Shown here one piece after another: positions 1 through 12,502 of a stretch of DNA of 64,000 bases (positions are counted from its first letter, which is position 1; every line of letters starts with the position of its first letter). The stretch lies in assembly GCA_000091205.1 (NCBI GenBank), contig AP006499.2; one strand, written 5' to 3'. The translations under genes were made by a program, and so were the position numbers. This DNA is from Cyanidioschyzon merolae. Lineage: Eukaryota. Below the pieces are notes generated by a model. It was not told the DNA's origin. It saw only the letters and a list, made by a program, of their open reading frames with translations, and made no database searches.

Positions 1-125
1 GATTCGGTCGTCGTCTTTCACCGGGAACGGCAGCGTAGCGTTTTCAGAGACAAAGGCAAGCAAACGGATGCAGCAGTTGCCGTTCGGTACTGTGGAAACC
101 TTCGTGGGAGCTGCTGCGTGTCGGG

Positions 126-1742
126 ATGAACGCGCTCACCGCTTTGGATTCAGCATTGAACGAGTTTGAGCAGCTAGCAAGTGAGTGGTGCACCCTAGTG
201 AGACTCTTAGAGGCGGCTGAACTTGCGCGTGTCCGCGTAGAGCGTGGTGAGTGGGCGCCCTGGTGGAATGCCCGCCGTATCGTCCTTACCCGGCTGGCTC
301 GGCGCTGGAGTCGGCACTTGGCTTCCAAAAGCACTGCAGCGTGCGTTACTAGCCTCCGTTCGCTTCAGCAGAGCGTCGTTCCGAGTAGCCGACCCGCTGT
401 GACTGCAACAAGCACCAACGAAGGTTTGATCGCAACGCTCAGGCAGAAAGCACGAGAACCGCTGTCACCCCTCTCTGCACCGCTGCTCGGTGATACTGTC
501 GAAGAACTGCCCCTGATGGAAGCGGACTTGGACTTGGATTTCACCTCGGCAGAAGTCTCGGGGCTCTGTTTAGACTTACAAGAAGTCTATCGATCGTACC
601 TTTCGCTTCTTCCGCCATTGATAGCGAGCCAGTTACCGTATCTTCGTTTTCTTGAGATCCTCGAGGCGCTGCCTCGTTCCAATGAACTGCGTGCACTGGT
701 TGTGTTTCGAAGACTCGATGGCAGGTGTCTCCCGCCAGAGTGTTTAGATGCCTCTGCGCTCGAAGCTGCATGTCAAAAATTGTCCCCGGGTTGCCGCAAT
801 GCGTATGCCGGGTGGCTCCTTGACGTCCTCCGCTATTTGGTCGAGTTTGCGAGGCGCGCCATGCCATGGCTCTCCCCAGCACACTGGGACAGGATGCGGA
901 GCACTGGGCGAAAAATACCTTCGATTGTCCGGACCAAGCGAGAAGCAGAGGCGCTGAATACACCGCGACCTACAAAAGCGATACTCCGGATCGCAAGTGC
1001 AAGTGCAGACCAGCGACCCGATCACGATAGCATGCCCTCATCGAAGCACTCCACACATGTGGATACCGTGAACACTCCTGTCGACGTTTGGCTCGGTCAA
1101 GAGCTCGATCAGAGCGTTGCCCCCAACCTGGCCGATATCGAGACGCTTGAGCAACATCTCGCATCGCTTGTTACAGATGATGAGTGCGGCATTTTCAGGG
1201 CCAGTTTATTGCGAACGATTCGACACGTTGAGCGCCAGCAAGTCCAAACACTGACAGAATGGATGTTTACGAATCGTGTGGAGCAGGTGACACGCGAAGA
1301 CCTCGCAACGGAGCGTAGCGGGCAATGGTTCCTCCGAGCTGGACCACCAGACGCAGATGCATCGAACACAACGGGAATCAAGATCAACAAGTCCACAGCT
1401 GTGACTTCCAAGGAGGAAACCGAGAATTTCCCGGGCTGGTTACGACGTGCTTTTGCGCTTCATCAGGTTTATCGTTGCGAGATCTGCGATCCTGTCCAGA
1501 CATATTATGGACCGCTGGCTTATGAGCGTCACTTTCGATCGGCTGTGCATGTGCGCGGTCTCCATCGTTTGGGCGTTTACTATACCGCAGACTGGGATTA
1601 TATTGATACTGTGGCTGATGCGCTGCGACTCAAAGCACATCTCGCGAAGCTGAATGATTCGGGTCAGGTGGGCATCGTCGCTGTCGAGCGGGAAGCGGAT
1701 GGCGCGCCCATGGAGGCTAGCACTGGATCCAGTCGTACGTAA
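126..1742 (+). CDS. Hypothetical protein with a C-terminal U1/matrin-type C2H2 zinc finger
   Basis: 538-aa ORF with an ATG at 126. Its C-terminus has YRCEICD...(12)...HFRSAVH, i.e. C-x2-C-x12-H-x5-H spacing typical of U1-like/matrin zinc fingers. The rest has no recognisable family. Confidence 0.45.
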   Translation: MNALTALDSALNEFEQLASEWCTLVRLLEAAELARVRVERGEWAPWWNARRIVLTRLARRWSRHLASKSTAACVTSLRSLQQSVVPSSRPAVTATSTNEGLIATLRQKAREPLSPLSAPLLGDTVEELPLMEADLDLDFTSAEVSGLCLDLQEVYRSYLSLLPPLIASQLPYLRFLEILEALPRSNELRALVVFRRLDGRCLPPECLDASALEAACQKLSPGCRNAYAGWLLDVLRYLVEFARRAMPWLSPAHWDRMRSTGRKIPSIVRTKREAEALNTPRPTKAILRIASASADQRPDHDSMPSSKHSTHVDTVNTPVDVWLGQELDQSVAPNLADIETLEQHLASLVTDDECGIFRASLLRTIRHVERQQVQTLTEWMFTNRVEQVTREDLATERSGQWFLRAGPPDADASNTTGIKINKSTAVTSKEETENFPGWLRRAFALHQVYRCEICDPVQTYYGPLAYERHFRSAVHVRGLHRLGVYYTADWDYIDTVADALRLKAHLAKLNDSGQVGIVAVEREADGAPMEASTGSSRT

Positions 1743-2781
1743 GCACGTGATGATACCGCTTCTGTCCAGCGCTCGTATCGATATGCTGCGAAAACGATTT
1801 TGGAATATGACCGCTCGTGTCGGGCTGATGACGCCTTGTTTTCGCAGCGCCAAGTCAACAGAGCGCTGGTATCGGATGCTGGCCTTGGGAATCGTCGTCA
1901 TCGGGCTGGCAACTGCAGTGCAGGACCCTTTGGCAATCGTTTACGAACGCAAGCAGGCGGCGTCGTGGAACTGCAAAAGGCGAAAAAGACTCACTGTGTA
2001 CGGAATAATATTTGGCGCGCGGAAACCTCAACTAGCCAATAGAGTCCGGCATTACAACTGGTCAGGTGCACCACTCTCGTCAATGGCTCTGCTTTGCCCT
2101 GGCTCCAGCATACCGGAAAAGCGACTTGGTTGCCATGGAAGCTTGAGCTTCACCAGACGCTTACCGCGATGCGTAACAAGAGCAACATACGACGCTGCCA
2201 ATGGATGCATCGATACGAGTGCGCTTACGCATTTGCGTCCGTTTCTACGCGACTGAATGTTTTCGCTCTAAACAGTAAACCTCGACTGCAGCACATTGGC
2301 GATTCCATGTCGATTCGGAGGCACCGACAACAAACAGTAGACCTGCGCTGATTCAACCAGGGAACAAACTCGTACTGTGTTTCACCGGATGCGACGCGAC
2401 ATCTAATCGCACGCAGATTGGCAGGCCTTCCATAACAATACCTTGGCGTCAGCAGTGATAGCATCTCTGGTTGATAGTGGCAGAATGAGGCAGGCTCTCT
2501 CGCCCACAAACGACTATCTCCGCGTGAAAGCTCTGGAGGGAATCATCGTCCAGTTTTCACCTAAATGCGACGACACGGGAGCTAATTCCATCCACCCGGT
2601 ATCCATTGGCTGCGAATCCAAGTCTGTGAGCGCTTCTCTCAAATGAAGCTGCGATGATGCCCCAGGTCATTGTGAAGGCACCAATAACCATGGATAGCTC
2701 GGCAATGGACCGCTCTCGCAATGTGGCGCGCGCTTCGTACATGCGGATGCTGCGGGATTCTCGCGGTCGTATCCGAACCGA

Positions 2782-5700
2782 TTATGCATCATTCTTGTTC
2801 GTAGCATACGCTGCAAAACCTGACCGCAGGCCGTGGTGAGCAAGCTCCTGCTTCCGCAGCAGCATCTTGCTCCAGCTGATGGTATCCGGAGTGCGCCCTC
2901 GAACGAGCAGTAACGTCTCTACGGCTTGCAACATACGCAGAAGCACGCTCCGCTGCGTCGACGGGAGCACATCCTCTGCTTGACTCCGCAGACGATGCTC
3001 GAGTCCCGCGAGACGCTTACCGCACTCCTCGGCGAAACCAAGTGGCAACGTTCCATGTTCATTATGATGCACAAGCTGCTTCAGGAATAGCAACAGACTC
3101 CCTTCGAGCAAGAGAATACGACGTCGCTGCCGCTGGGGCATTTCGCTGCTGCTGTTCAATCCCTGCAGCCAGTGCAGCACCAACATGAGTCCGAGACCCA
3201 TAGTGGGCGTCTCGAGGTCCGTCCAAGTCATCATTGGCGCCCAGACTCCATAATGACCCGTAAGGTGCAGCGCAATCGATATCAGACGACCCATCGCTTG
3301 CTCCAGTTTGTCCGCGAGCGTCTCCTGGACGATAGTCAGCGTGCCCGAGATCGACGTTTGGGTGTGTCGCTCCCCGATTCCATCCTTCATCGAACTCGAT
3401 AGCATCAGCGGGTACTCAGCAAGTGAACCGCGCAACGAAGCATGCGTCCACATGCCCAGGTCGGGCAACGGAAGCGACAGCCACCGTGGTGCCATTCGGA
3501 GACAACGCAGTGCCGCAGCCAGACTCAAACCGACTTGTTGATAGCGTTGCTGGAGCCATTCTGGAGACCATTGTGACTCCAGTTCTGGTAAGAGATCCGC
3601 TTCGGGTGGCGAAGTGAGCAGCGCTTCGAGAAAACCCGCAATCGCAGAGAATTCAGACAGCATCGCCCAGTGCCAGGCGTAGGTTGTGGACCAGGCCTGG
3701 CGCGTCTCTGACTCACTCAGCCGAAGCGCTGTATCTAACCAATGACGGGTGAAGGCAGCGAGTTGCGTCGGTGCACCCTCAAACGAGGACACGAATGCGT
3801 ACACCTCGAGCCGTAGACGCTGCTGCGTTGCTGCAGTCGTGTGCGCACGCGCTTGCTGCAGGAGCACTGCGTACAATCGGAGCAGCATCAGATACATCAT
3901 AAAGTCCGATGTTGGTCGCTTACCATCTGGAGTTAAGCGTTGATGAATGCGAGCGCTTGAGAGCCGTCCCAGGCTCCAGAGTCCCTGCTGCTGTCGAATG
4001 ATCACATCTGCACAGCGCGCTGAACGCACTGCCCAGTTGAGCAGCAGCAGGACAAGCCACCAACGATGCGTCTGCTTGTTTGGCGGGGTTACCGGCGCAC
4101 AGAGTGCGCTGAAAACGACAGGAAGGAAACGCTTCGCCCACTCGGTTTCATCTAAGCGAGCCGGCGAAAACCAGAACTGACACAGCAGTGCGGTTGCAGG
4201 TTGTAGCGATGGCCAACGAGCCGACCGCTCCAGCAGACGCTGCAGGAGCCCTTCGCCGTACGCAAGCTCCGAGGCAGCGTATATCGTGGAGGCGGCCTCT
4301 CGATGCAAGCCTCCGTGGACGACCTGCTTGCAGAGCGCAAGCACAAGTCGTTCCGTAACACCAACTTCGAGGAGCACTTCGACAGAAGACGTCTCTGCGT
4401 CCGGGCGTAGCAGGCGCCAGCTTTGAATCCCAGCAGGATACCAATCATCGGTGCCTTTCATTTCGCTCATGACGCTTGCTTCCAGACGGTCCAGTTGCCT
4501 TTCGAGCGTCTGCAACAGCATTCGAACGTGGGATTGCATTCGCTGCATATCCAGTGCAGCAGAGGCTGCGAAAGCGATTCCAGTTGTTCGGCAACTCGCC
4601 GCGTTGTCTCCAGTAACTGCTGCTTCCAAGCGACTCAAGCGAAAGATGAGCTCAGTCCATGCCAGGCGTCGCATCGCCCCGAGTCCGGTACCAGTGTCGC
4701 TCGCACACAGACGAAGCAGTACCTGCTCGAGACGCTTCAGTGAAACGCTCCATGAAGCCTGTTGTGCAGGCAACGTCAACACGGGACGCTCCGTGGAAGG
4801 CTGTGGAGCCTCCACGACACACAACAGCAGCTCCAAATTGGTTGCCAAGACGGTCTGATGCAGCCACGGTATCCAAAGCTGGTCGGATGTGGCTAGGCTC
4901 TGGAGGACGAGCGCTTCTTTTCGGCGATTTTGCGGCTCGACGTCGAGATCCCGACTGAGGATCGTCTGCAGCACCAACAGCGTCGTCACTGACCAGAGCC
5001 CTGTGACATCACTTCTGTAGTGTTTGTTCCAGAGGATTTGGCCTTCTGGCCAGAGCACACGCTGCGACTCTTCCGTTTCGCCTATGCTTGCCGGTGGTGA
5101 ACACGTTGCGGAACCTTTCCCGGGCGTTTCGATATCGTCCGTGGGTACACGGCAGAGCAAGGTGATGAGCTCGGTCCACGCAGAAACGAGCGCTGGGTTC
5201 ATCGCCGACGACTTCGGGGCAGCCTCTGCGACGAGTTTGCGCTGTACTCCTTGCGTTGGTCGTGATCGCATCCAAAGTCGGTTCACAAGTTCGAGGAAAC
5301 ACGCGAGCACGATGCTCGTCGTAAAGACTGCTACCGCGGTTACTGAATCTGGTGCTTTGGCGAGAATACGCTTCCGCCAAGGGATCAACATATCTCGAAA
5401 CAGCATCGTCAGCCAGGATTCTACCTCTGGCGTCGACACCTGACCTAGTCCAAGGCGTACGAAGAGCGCTCCGAGCGGAGCGAGCTCCGTCAAGTTCACT
5501 CGCTGCTCCGTCGGAATGAAACACCGCCATTCATCCCAGAGGAGCTGCCAGAGGCGGCTCGAACGCAGCACACCAGATGCTGGTGACGAGAAAGGCGACT
5601 CTGAAGCGCGCCGCTCAGCGCTGCTGCTTCGCTCTTCGGTTTGCTGCGATACCCGGGCTGTAACAGATCCCCAGCTAACAAGCAGAGCGGCAGCATTCGG

Positions 5701-7070
5701 GTTGTCCAGGAGCACTGGCTGGTCGACTGCTAACGCTGCCAAAAGAAAGCACAACACTGGTTCGGGATCCACTTGAAGTGCCCGCTGAACCAGTGGAAAG
5801 AAATCAGGCCACCAAGTCGTTGGCCATAGTTCGGAGAGAGCATCTGCTTCCGCAATAGATGCATCTAGGCATTCCCGAACACCCAGATGTAGCAGGGCCC
5901 AGATATCCCAGATATCTGCCGCAATTCCCCGAGCAATCAATTCAGTTCGTGCTCGACAGGCAGGCCCTGTTTCGAAGTGTGCAAGCGCCGGTGCCTGGGG
6001 ATGCAGCGTGCGCCACAGGAACCTCCACAGCGCGGGCAAGTGCTTCGCATGCCGCCCCTGAAGTAGCCAATGATCGGGTTCGTGCTGGCTGCCAGCAAAG
6101 TCCGCTCCGCGAGAAACCTCATCGGAAGCAATGCGCACCAGCGCCTCTCTGGACCAGGTCCGCGAAAAACGGACCGTCAGCATGGTGCGCTGAAAGCAGA
6201 GCACCGCCTGACACATCCCAGCACAGCAGTTGACGAGACTCAACGCTGCAGCGGTAAACTCGGACGCATGCCGCACCTCCGCACGGGACAGGTTTGTGAC
6301 GGCACTGGGCAGCACGTACGCTGCTCGACTGTGGTGCATCATCAGCTCCGTCTGGATAGCATCCACGGTATGGACAACTCGCCAGGCATGCATCCAGAGT
6401 TGATCCAAAAGGGTCTGGTGCTGCCACCAAGGCCATTCTAGGGCGCTGGGCGCATTCGAGCCCGTCGGCACCAGATAACCGCCGGCTCCGTTCCAAGTCG
6501 ACGCTCCTGCTGGTCTCTCGCGTTTGGTAGCAGATTTGCGCGGTGGAAGGCTCTTCTCCAGAGCTCGCGTGACCAGCGCATAGCGGACCTGCACCGACTC
6601 CAGCAGGGTAGCGGGAGAGCGTTGCGCCTCTGTCTCGAGGTCCGCGGGCAACGTTACCAACCAATGGTGCCATGGACTCGGAATAAAGGCGAGTTGCATC
6701 CAGGCTCGGGCAAGCCAAAGCGCTTCAGCCTCGTCCTTCGGCACTGGAGCCGCGGGATTCAGCAGATCCACCGCCTGCGTAAAGAGCTTCTGCTCCACAG
6801 CAGACGACCCTGAAGACGCGTACCTGTTGCAGATGATGGTCATCAGGGTGGCCATGGCCTGCGCCTTTGGCAAAGACGCTAGCGTCGTGTGCAGCTCACG
6901 CTCGCCACGGTGCTGACGGTAATCCATCAGCACCCGTCGAAGGCGCGTCCAGTGCGTCTCGAGCCATATCCAGAGCTGTTCGCGCGTGTCCTGCAGGTAC
7001 CTATTGAGGGTTGCGGTATCGTTGCAAGCATCCTGGATACTGGACAGCGTCGCTTTGTGCGCACCGAGGA

Positions 7071-7102
<32 letters not shown>

Positions 7103-8988
7103 GTATCAGTACCATCTGGCTCCTGGCCTGGTGCCTGCGGTGACGGCAAGTCCAGGCGCTCCATTTGCATCACTCCCGAAGACGAGAACAACACCCATCC
7201 GATGCGGTGGAAAAGCGCTAGTCCCGCTGGACACTCGGGAACGAGCAGCAGACCGTCCCAGTGAACTTTCCAGATCGCTGCATCGAAGTCTGCATACCAG
7301 AGTCCCTGCGATCCTTGTGGTAGCACCAGCCCGGGCGTCTCGAGCACTTGTCGCGGAGCGCTCGTTTGTAGTCGGTGTACGACGAGTCCAGACTCATCTC
7401 GAGCGGGATGGGTATCCATCGTTTGCACATAAGCCGGTGCAATTTTCCAAGGCTCTGCGAAGCTTACACATTCCTGTTGAAAAAATTGAAACGCCAAAAA
7501 GGCCCCAAGAGGCTCCTGAATCGCTGATGCAGCCACTCGAAACACGTAGGTTGCTGTCAGCGGGAGCAGCATGCAGAGTTCTCGCCAAAAGCGAGCCGCT
7601 GTCGCAGAACGCTCCCAATAGGGAGCGTCACCCATGTGTGCTGTTGCTGTGTCTGTGGCGCCGAACCAAACCGCCTTCCAAAACGAGCGCGATAGCTGCT
7701 TGGACTGCTGGAGACACACCGCCATGGCATCGACAGTGTGCTCCAGGAGTACAGGGTTAGGCGTCGACCACACCAGGACGCGCACCGGCACCGTCCTTGC
7801 CTGCAGCAGGCTTTGTTGTGCCTGCCATAACGCCCATGCAGGATCCGTGTTACAGGTCGCAAGCCGATGTCGCCAAGCAGGTGCACTTGCGGCAAGTGGT
7901 CCATCCAGTAATTCCTGGACGGCAGCCAGCGCCAACTCGAGCAAATCATCGCGGATAAATGCCTCCATTGCAGGTGTTTCTGCCTCGGAATCGATACCCC
8001 GCTGCCGTGCATCACCGTCTGGGGCGCCTGCGAAGCGCTCGCTTGAAGCCACACAGGTCTGGGCGAGAACACACAAAAACGCCAGCAGACGGGTCAGCGT
8101 GCCCGACCGATGATATCGATCAGCGTTTGGAAGCGATGGCTCTGTGGAAGCCTCCAGACTGAGCGATTCAAGTAGCTCCTCGGTGGTGCTGACCACCACC
8201 ACCGGGTGTGCCCAACGGTAGCGCGTGCCGCTGGAATGCATCCGGCAAAGCAACACCGCTACGATACAAACCGCCAACCCCGAAGCCGTTCGATCATCGA
8301 TGAGAAACCAACGTGCATTGAGTGCAACAAAAAGTCTCTCAAGAATAGAGTCCCAGAGCACATCCAGCTGGGCAGCTGCTTCCGTCCCGAGCAGCGACGA
8401 CGGCATCAGGGCGAAACGCAAGAGACACTCCAAGTGCCAGGCTCGCTCGAGCTGAACACCGTATCGTCCATGAATCCCCTCAACTGCACGCCGTCCCAAC
8501 AACTCGATGACGTTGCCCAGCTCGAGCCGGTGCAGTGCTTGGCGGGCGGCCAAAGCGAGTGCGGAGTCCGAGTCTGCGGCGTGCTCAAGCAGAAGCCAGA
8601 GCGTGCCCAGTGTGGCCCTTACGAATCGCAAATACCGGTTCTCTAACCACGTGACCTGATCTTCAGTCAGCGTTCCTGTACTTGACGGCGTTGAAACAGG
8701 CGGGAACGGCTCGGTTGCGGCTCTTTCGAAGGGCGGCTGTCGTGCCAGCCTCCTCGCCACTTCTCGTGCTCGTTCCCTCGATACCATCAGTCGTGCGGCA
8801 GTCAGGGTAACGACCAAGCTTGGTGGTGTGGGGCCAGAATCTTCCCCGGGTACCAGCGTCGACTCCATTAGCACCCAGTTGAGGTCTCTAGTCCAGGAGT
8901 GAGCGTGTGATTCCAAGTCAGCTGCCGCGACTTGGGCTCGCTGTAGTTGGTACCAGAGCGCCTCACGTTCCTCCAGTGGATCCGGCAT
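2782..8988 (-). CDS. Large hypothetical protein (2068 aa), Leu/Trp-rich and alpha-helical in character, with an internal polyQ tract
   Basis: Single uninterrupted 6.2-kb ORF with ATG (cat on the plus strand at 8986-8988) and TAA stop. An 11-residue Q run is encoded by the (CTG)n tract at 7073-7101. I recognise no catalytic motif. Confidence 0.5.
7073..7101 (-). repeat. (CAG)n coding microsatellite encoding polyQ
   Basis: ctgctgctg... x about 10 on the plus strand, inside the 2068-aa ORF. Confidence 0.9.
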
Positions 8989-10939
8989 TCTTCTAGCGCA
9001 TGTATAGCCTAACGGTACTAGAGGACAACTGGGCGATCAACCGTAGGACAAGGCAAAGAAAAACTCGAATTGGTACCAGGAGCGACACAGCCTAGTGCGT
9101 TGAGCCGCAACGCCGCCCTTCGGCCTTCTCGAGGTCGGAGATATCCACGTGAGCACCGCGGCGACTTGGGAGCTTCGTTAGCGCAACGCTCGTATGCGTT
9201 TCGAGCGTCTGCGGGCTTGGACTTGCTGTGTTTTGAAAGGGATTCGGGTCAAGAGCACCGAACAGTGGAACAGGTAGCTGTGCCGCAGAGCAAGCGCCGC
9301 TGGATAGCTATTTTTCTTGAACGCGCTCTACTACGACCTGGGGCCTGACGAAGCGCCCCTCAAGCTGGAACTAGTTTCAGTATCGTCGAGCAAGAGCAGC
9401 TCGATAGCTGTTTCCCCTGAACATTCTTCGTCGACGATCCAGAAATAAACCTTGTCAAGGGCGCGGTAACAAGTTTGTGTCTCCACGTTTCAATTCGCTT
9501 GCACATTTTTGGTACAACTATTGCGCTCACAAGCAGCCAAGAGGCGCGCAAAACGCTTTCCAGAGTGCTCATGTTGATCAGCGGTGACGTATCGGGTACG
9601 CAAGTCACGTTGATGCGTCGACGCCCTGCCGCAGTGGTCGTGGGTGCGGGCAGTGTTCACGAAGCCGGGCCCACCACGTGCTTTGGTGGTCTTTCAGAGC
9701 CAGGTGAGCCGCTATCACCACGGCAGTCTGGTCTGCAACAGTACAGCACTCGAACCAGTCATTTCAGTGATCTTTACGTCTGCTTCATTGTGTTCATAGC
9801 ACTTGGTTTAGTGCCTGGTCTTCTTTTCCTTTACTGGGGGACTCGGTTTCCGCCTCGGACGTAGATGCACCGTGTACTTACATGTCGTAGCGCTGGCCTG
9901 GAAACGCAGGTCTCTCTGGCGAGCCGATCCACTGAGGACGAACGAAAGACATCAGCATCATTCGAGGCCCAGGAATCTGGCACTCGATGAGCATAAGGGA
10001 GTTGCCGCTTCGAGAGAGTTCGAAGACCAGTAGCGTCAGTACTTGGGTTCGCGACGTGCGCAAACACTTTTCGACTTTTTCCCCAGCGTATCCCTTTACT
10101 GACCTGTATTTTCATTGGAGCGCGTTATTGTATGACACCAGCGGCACGTAGTGCCTGCGCTTACTTGCCGAATATAGACGTCTTCTTTAAACACAATTGC
10201 GCGCTCGGGGAACATTGGTTAGAGGAAACGACCCTACACCCCAGAAAAAAGGTCCTTCATGATCCAGCGAGAGCCTATTCCCTGGTAGTCGTGAGCACAT
10301 GGACTTGCAGTCGCAGACACTTGTTCGACAATGGCGTCGCATTCCAAGTTGCCTGCACCTTGGCGTTCTAGATGAGGGTGGATCCACGAATGAAGCGATT
10401 GGGTGCAACTCCGACGATGGTGCGCATCTACAAGTGCGAAACGCTCCGCAGTTCTCAGTCCTGCCAAACATACAGCGACTTTGATCAAGCGACTGTGATC
10501 CACGAAAATACAATAAAAAATGAACGCCGAATTCACGTCAAGGCTCTTTCTACATCAAAACTGGTGATAGAGCGGTGCAAGTTGCGGCGAGCAGCCCGCA
10601 ATCAATGTCGACTCCTGATGCCAGCGCATTCAAAGACAGGACAGGAATCGGTAGTTTCGTGCCTCAATATATAGATACGTTGCAATGCAAACTTTTGTTC
10701 ATGTTGGATGAAAAAGTTGCTTCTGTTTCCGTTCCTATCCGCTCCGACGTCTGGTGCAGATCCCAGCCGTCCATTTTACCATACAGCTATGAACACAAAT
10801 GTGCCAGGTGCGTCCCCGCGGGCGTCCATGGATTGACGGCTGTTCCGGAGCTGCTGCTACACCAAGCGGCAGGCGATTCGAAAAATAAACATCTCTCCCG
10901 GTATACGTTTCCAGTCGTTCAACCATTCGCGGTAGCCGC

Positions 10940-12502
10940 ATGGTTCGCGGCAGGGTTTCGCACTCGCAACCGAGTCCAGTGCTTGCTCGTGTGAGGCGAT
11001 CTAGTAGACGTCGTAAGAGAGGCTTCTTTCTCCTCGTTAGCGCTGTAGGCAGCGCTTTCCTCATCGGTCTTTGGCTTGGCTTGAAGCTCGTGTCGCAGTC
11101 GCAACGCGCCGCGGCAAGCACGTCGATCACGCAACGGAAAGAGAGTCTCCGTCAGGTTTCCATACCGAGCATAGGGCGCGCTTCAGACGCCAGTTTATGC
11201 GGTGTCCTGCCTGCTCCTTGTTCCGGCCACGGTGAGTGTCGCATACAACAAGGCCTGCCTACGCTGTACCCGGCACCCGAAGGAAACGTCGCGCTCCCCA
11301 GTGAGCTTCCTCCGAACAGCGTTGCTTTCTGTGCGTGCGACGCAGGCTGGGCGCCACCGGCTTGCGATCGTCCTTTATGCCCTGGAGGCGGTCACTGCTC
11401 TGGAAACGGCGTTTGCTTGCAGGGAACCTGCGTCTGCGAGGGCGCCTGGGGCGGAGAGGCCTGCTCGGAGCTCCAACCGGGTACGGCGACGATGACGACG
11501 GCAGCACCTTGTCCACGGGATGCGGACACTGGACTTGTCTGTGGCGGTCCCCAGCGGGGCGCCTGTGTGTCCAATGGCACTTGCGTGTGCCATGCACCCT
11601 GGACCGGGACTTTGTGCGAAAATCAAGCCTTCCGAACGGTCTATGAGTTCGCGCGACGTGGAGCGGGAACACTCCAGCCCTGTCAAGTATCCCCGTCACC
11701 GCAGGCAACCCCGTTCATTGTCGCTGCATTGCCACCTGCAGAAGCAGGCCGTCGGTGGCTGGGTTTCCAGGCACTGCTCATACCAACGAATCACGAGCCG
11801 TACTTCGGGACGAAGTTACCGTGGCTTTGTATAGCGTACGATTTGGCAGAGCGCTTATCCAGCAACTCGATTGTCAGTGCATTCGACATTGTGGTGACTC
11901 GGTGGATCGAAATGCTCATTTCTGGTGAACGGGCTTGGCAACTGACTGCCGCAATGTACGTGCCTGCGAACTGGACTCTGGACACGTTCCTCCCCCGGTA
12001 CGTGATGCAAATACTGCCAATCAAAATCGGTGTACCGGTCCGAATCGAGGATGTGCGGATTGATGGAGAGGTCTCTTTGATCATAGCGAATGACTCTGAG
12101 CGTGCTTCGCTGTTCAGTGCGCAGGTGACGCGCACCACCACCGCCACCCGGAATGCATCCTCCGTATCCGTGGTAGAGGCGATTGGTATTGCTGCAATGG
12201 GTGCGTTGACATTCGTTGCGGTTCTAGCCGCAGTATTCGGTATCGATGCATGGTTGCAGCGACGTCGCCGCAGCCTGCAACACCAACAGCGCTACGCTGA
12301 CGGAGATACGTCCGCGAATAGCAGTGCAGCGACGAGTCCACCATTGCCACTGGGAACTGCGGACCCAGCGGCTATGCCATCGGCACCGCCCGCAGATCGA
12401 GCACCAGACTCGACACCGCTCGGTATGAACCTCGAGGAATTGGTTACGATATCGCTGTCACCAGAGCGGCCTTGGAAGTATCGCAGCTGGCGGCACCGAT
12501 AG
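10940..12502 (+). CDS. Cysteine-rich EGF/laminin-EGF-like repeat membrane protein
   Basis: ATG at 10940. The N-terminus has a basic stretch followed by a hydrophobic segment (FLLVSAVGSAFLIGLWLGL). It is followed by repeated Cys patterns (CSGHGEC..., CACDAGWAPPAC, CSGNGVCLQGTCVCEGAWGGEAC, CVSNGTCVCHAPWTGTLC). A second TM-like helix (AIGIAAMGALTFVAVLAAVFGI) and a charged tail follow. Confidence 0.5.
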   Translation: MVRGRVSHSQPSPVLARVRRSSRRRKRGFFLLVSAVGSAFLIGLWLGLKLVSQSQRAAASTSITQRKESLRQVSIPSIGRASDASLCGVLPAPCSGHGECRIQQGLPTLYPAPEGNVALPSELPPNSVAFCACDAGWAPPACDRPLCPGGGHCSGNGVCLQGTCVCEGAWGGEACSELQPGTATMTTAAPCPRDADTGLVCGGPQRGACVSNGTCVCHAPWTGTLCENQAFRTVYEFARRGAGTLQPCQVSPSPQATPFIVAALPPAEAGRRWLGFQALLIPTNHEPYFGTKLPWLCIAYDLAERLSSNSIVSAFDIVVTRWIEMLISGERAWQLTAAMYVPANWTLDTFLPRYVMQILPIKIGVPVRIEDVRIDGEVSLIIANDSERASLFSAQVTRTTTATRNASSVSVVEAIGIAAMGALTFVAVLAAVFGIDAWLQRRRRSLQHQQRYADGDTSANSSAATSPPLPLGTADPAAMPSAPPADRAPDSTPLGMNLEELVTISLSPERPWKYRSWRHR

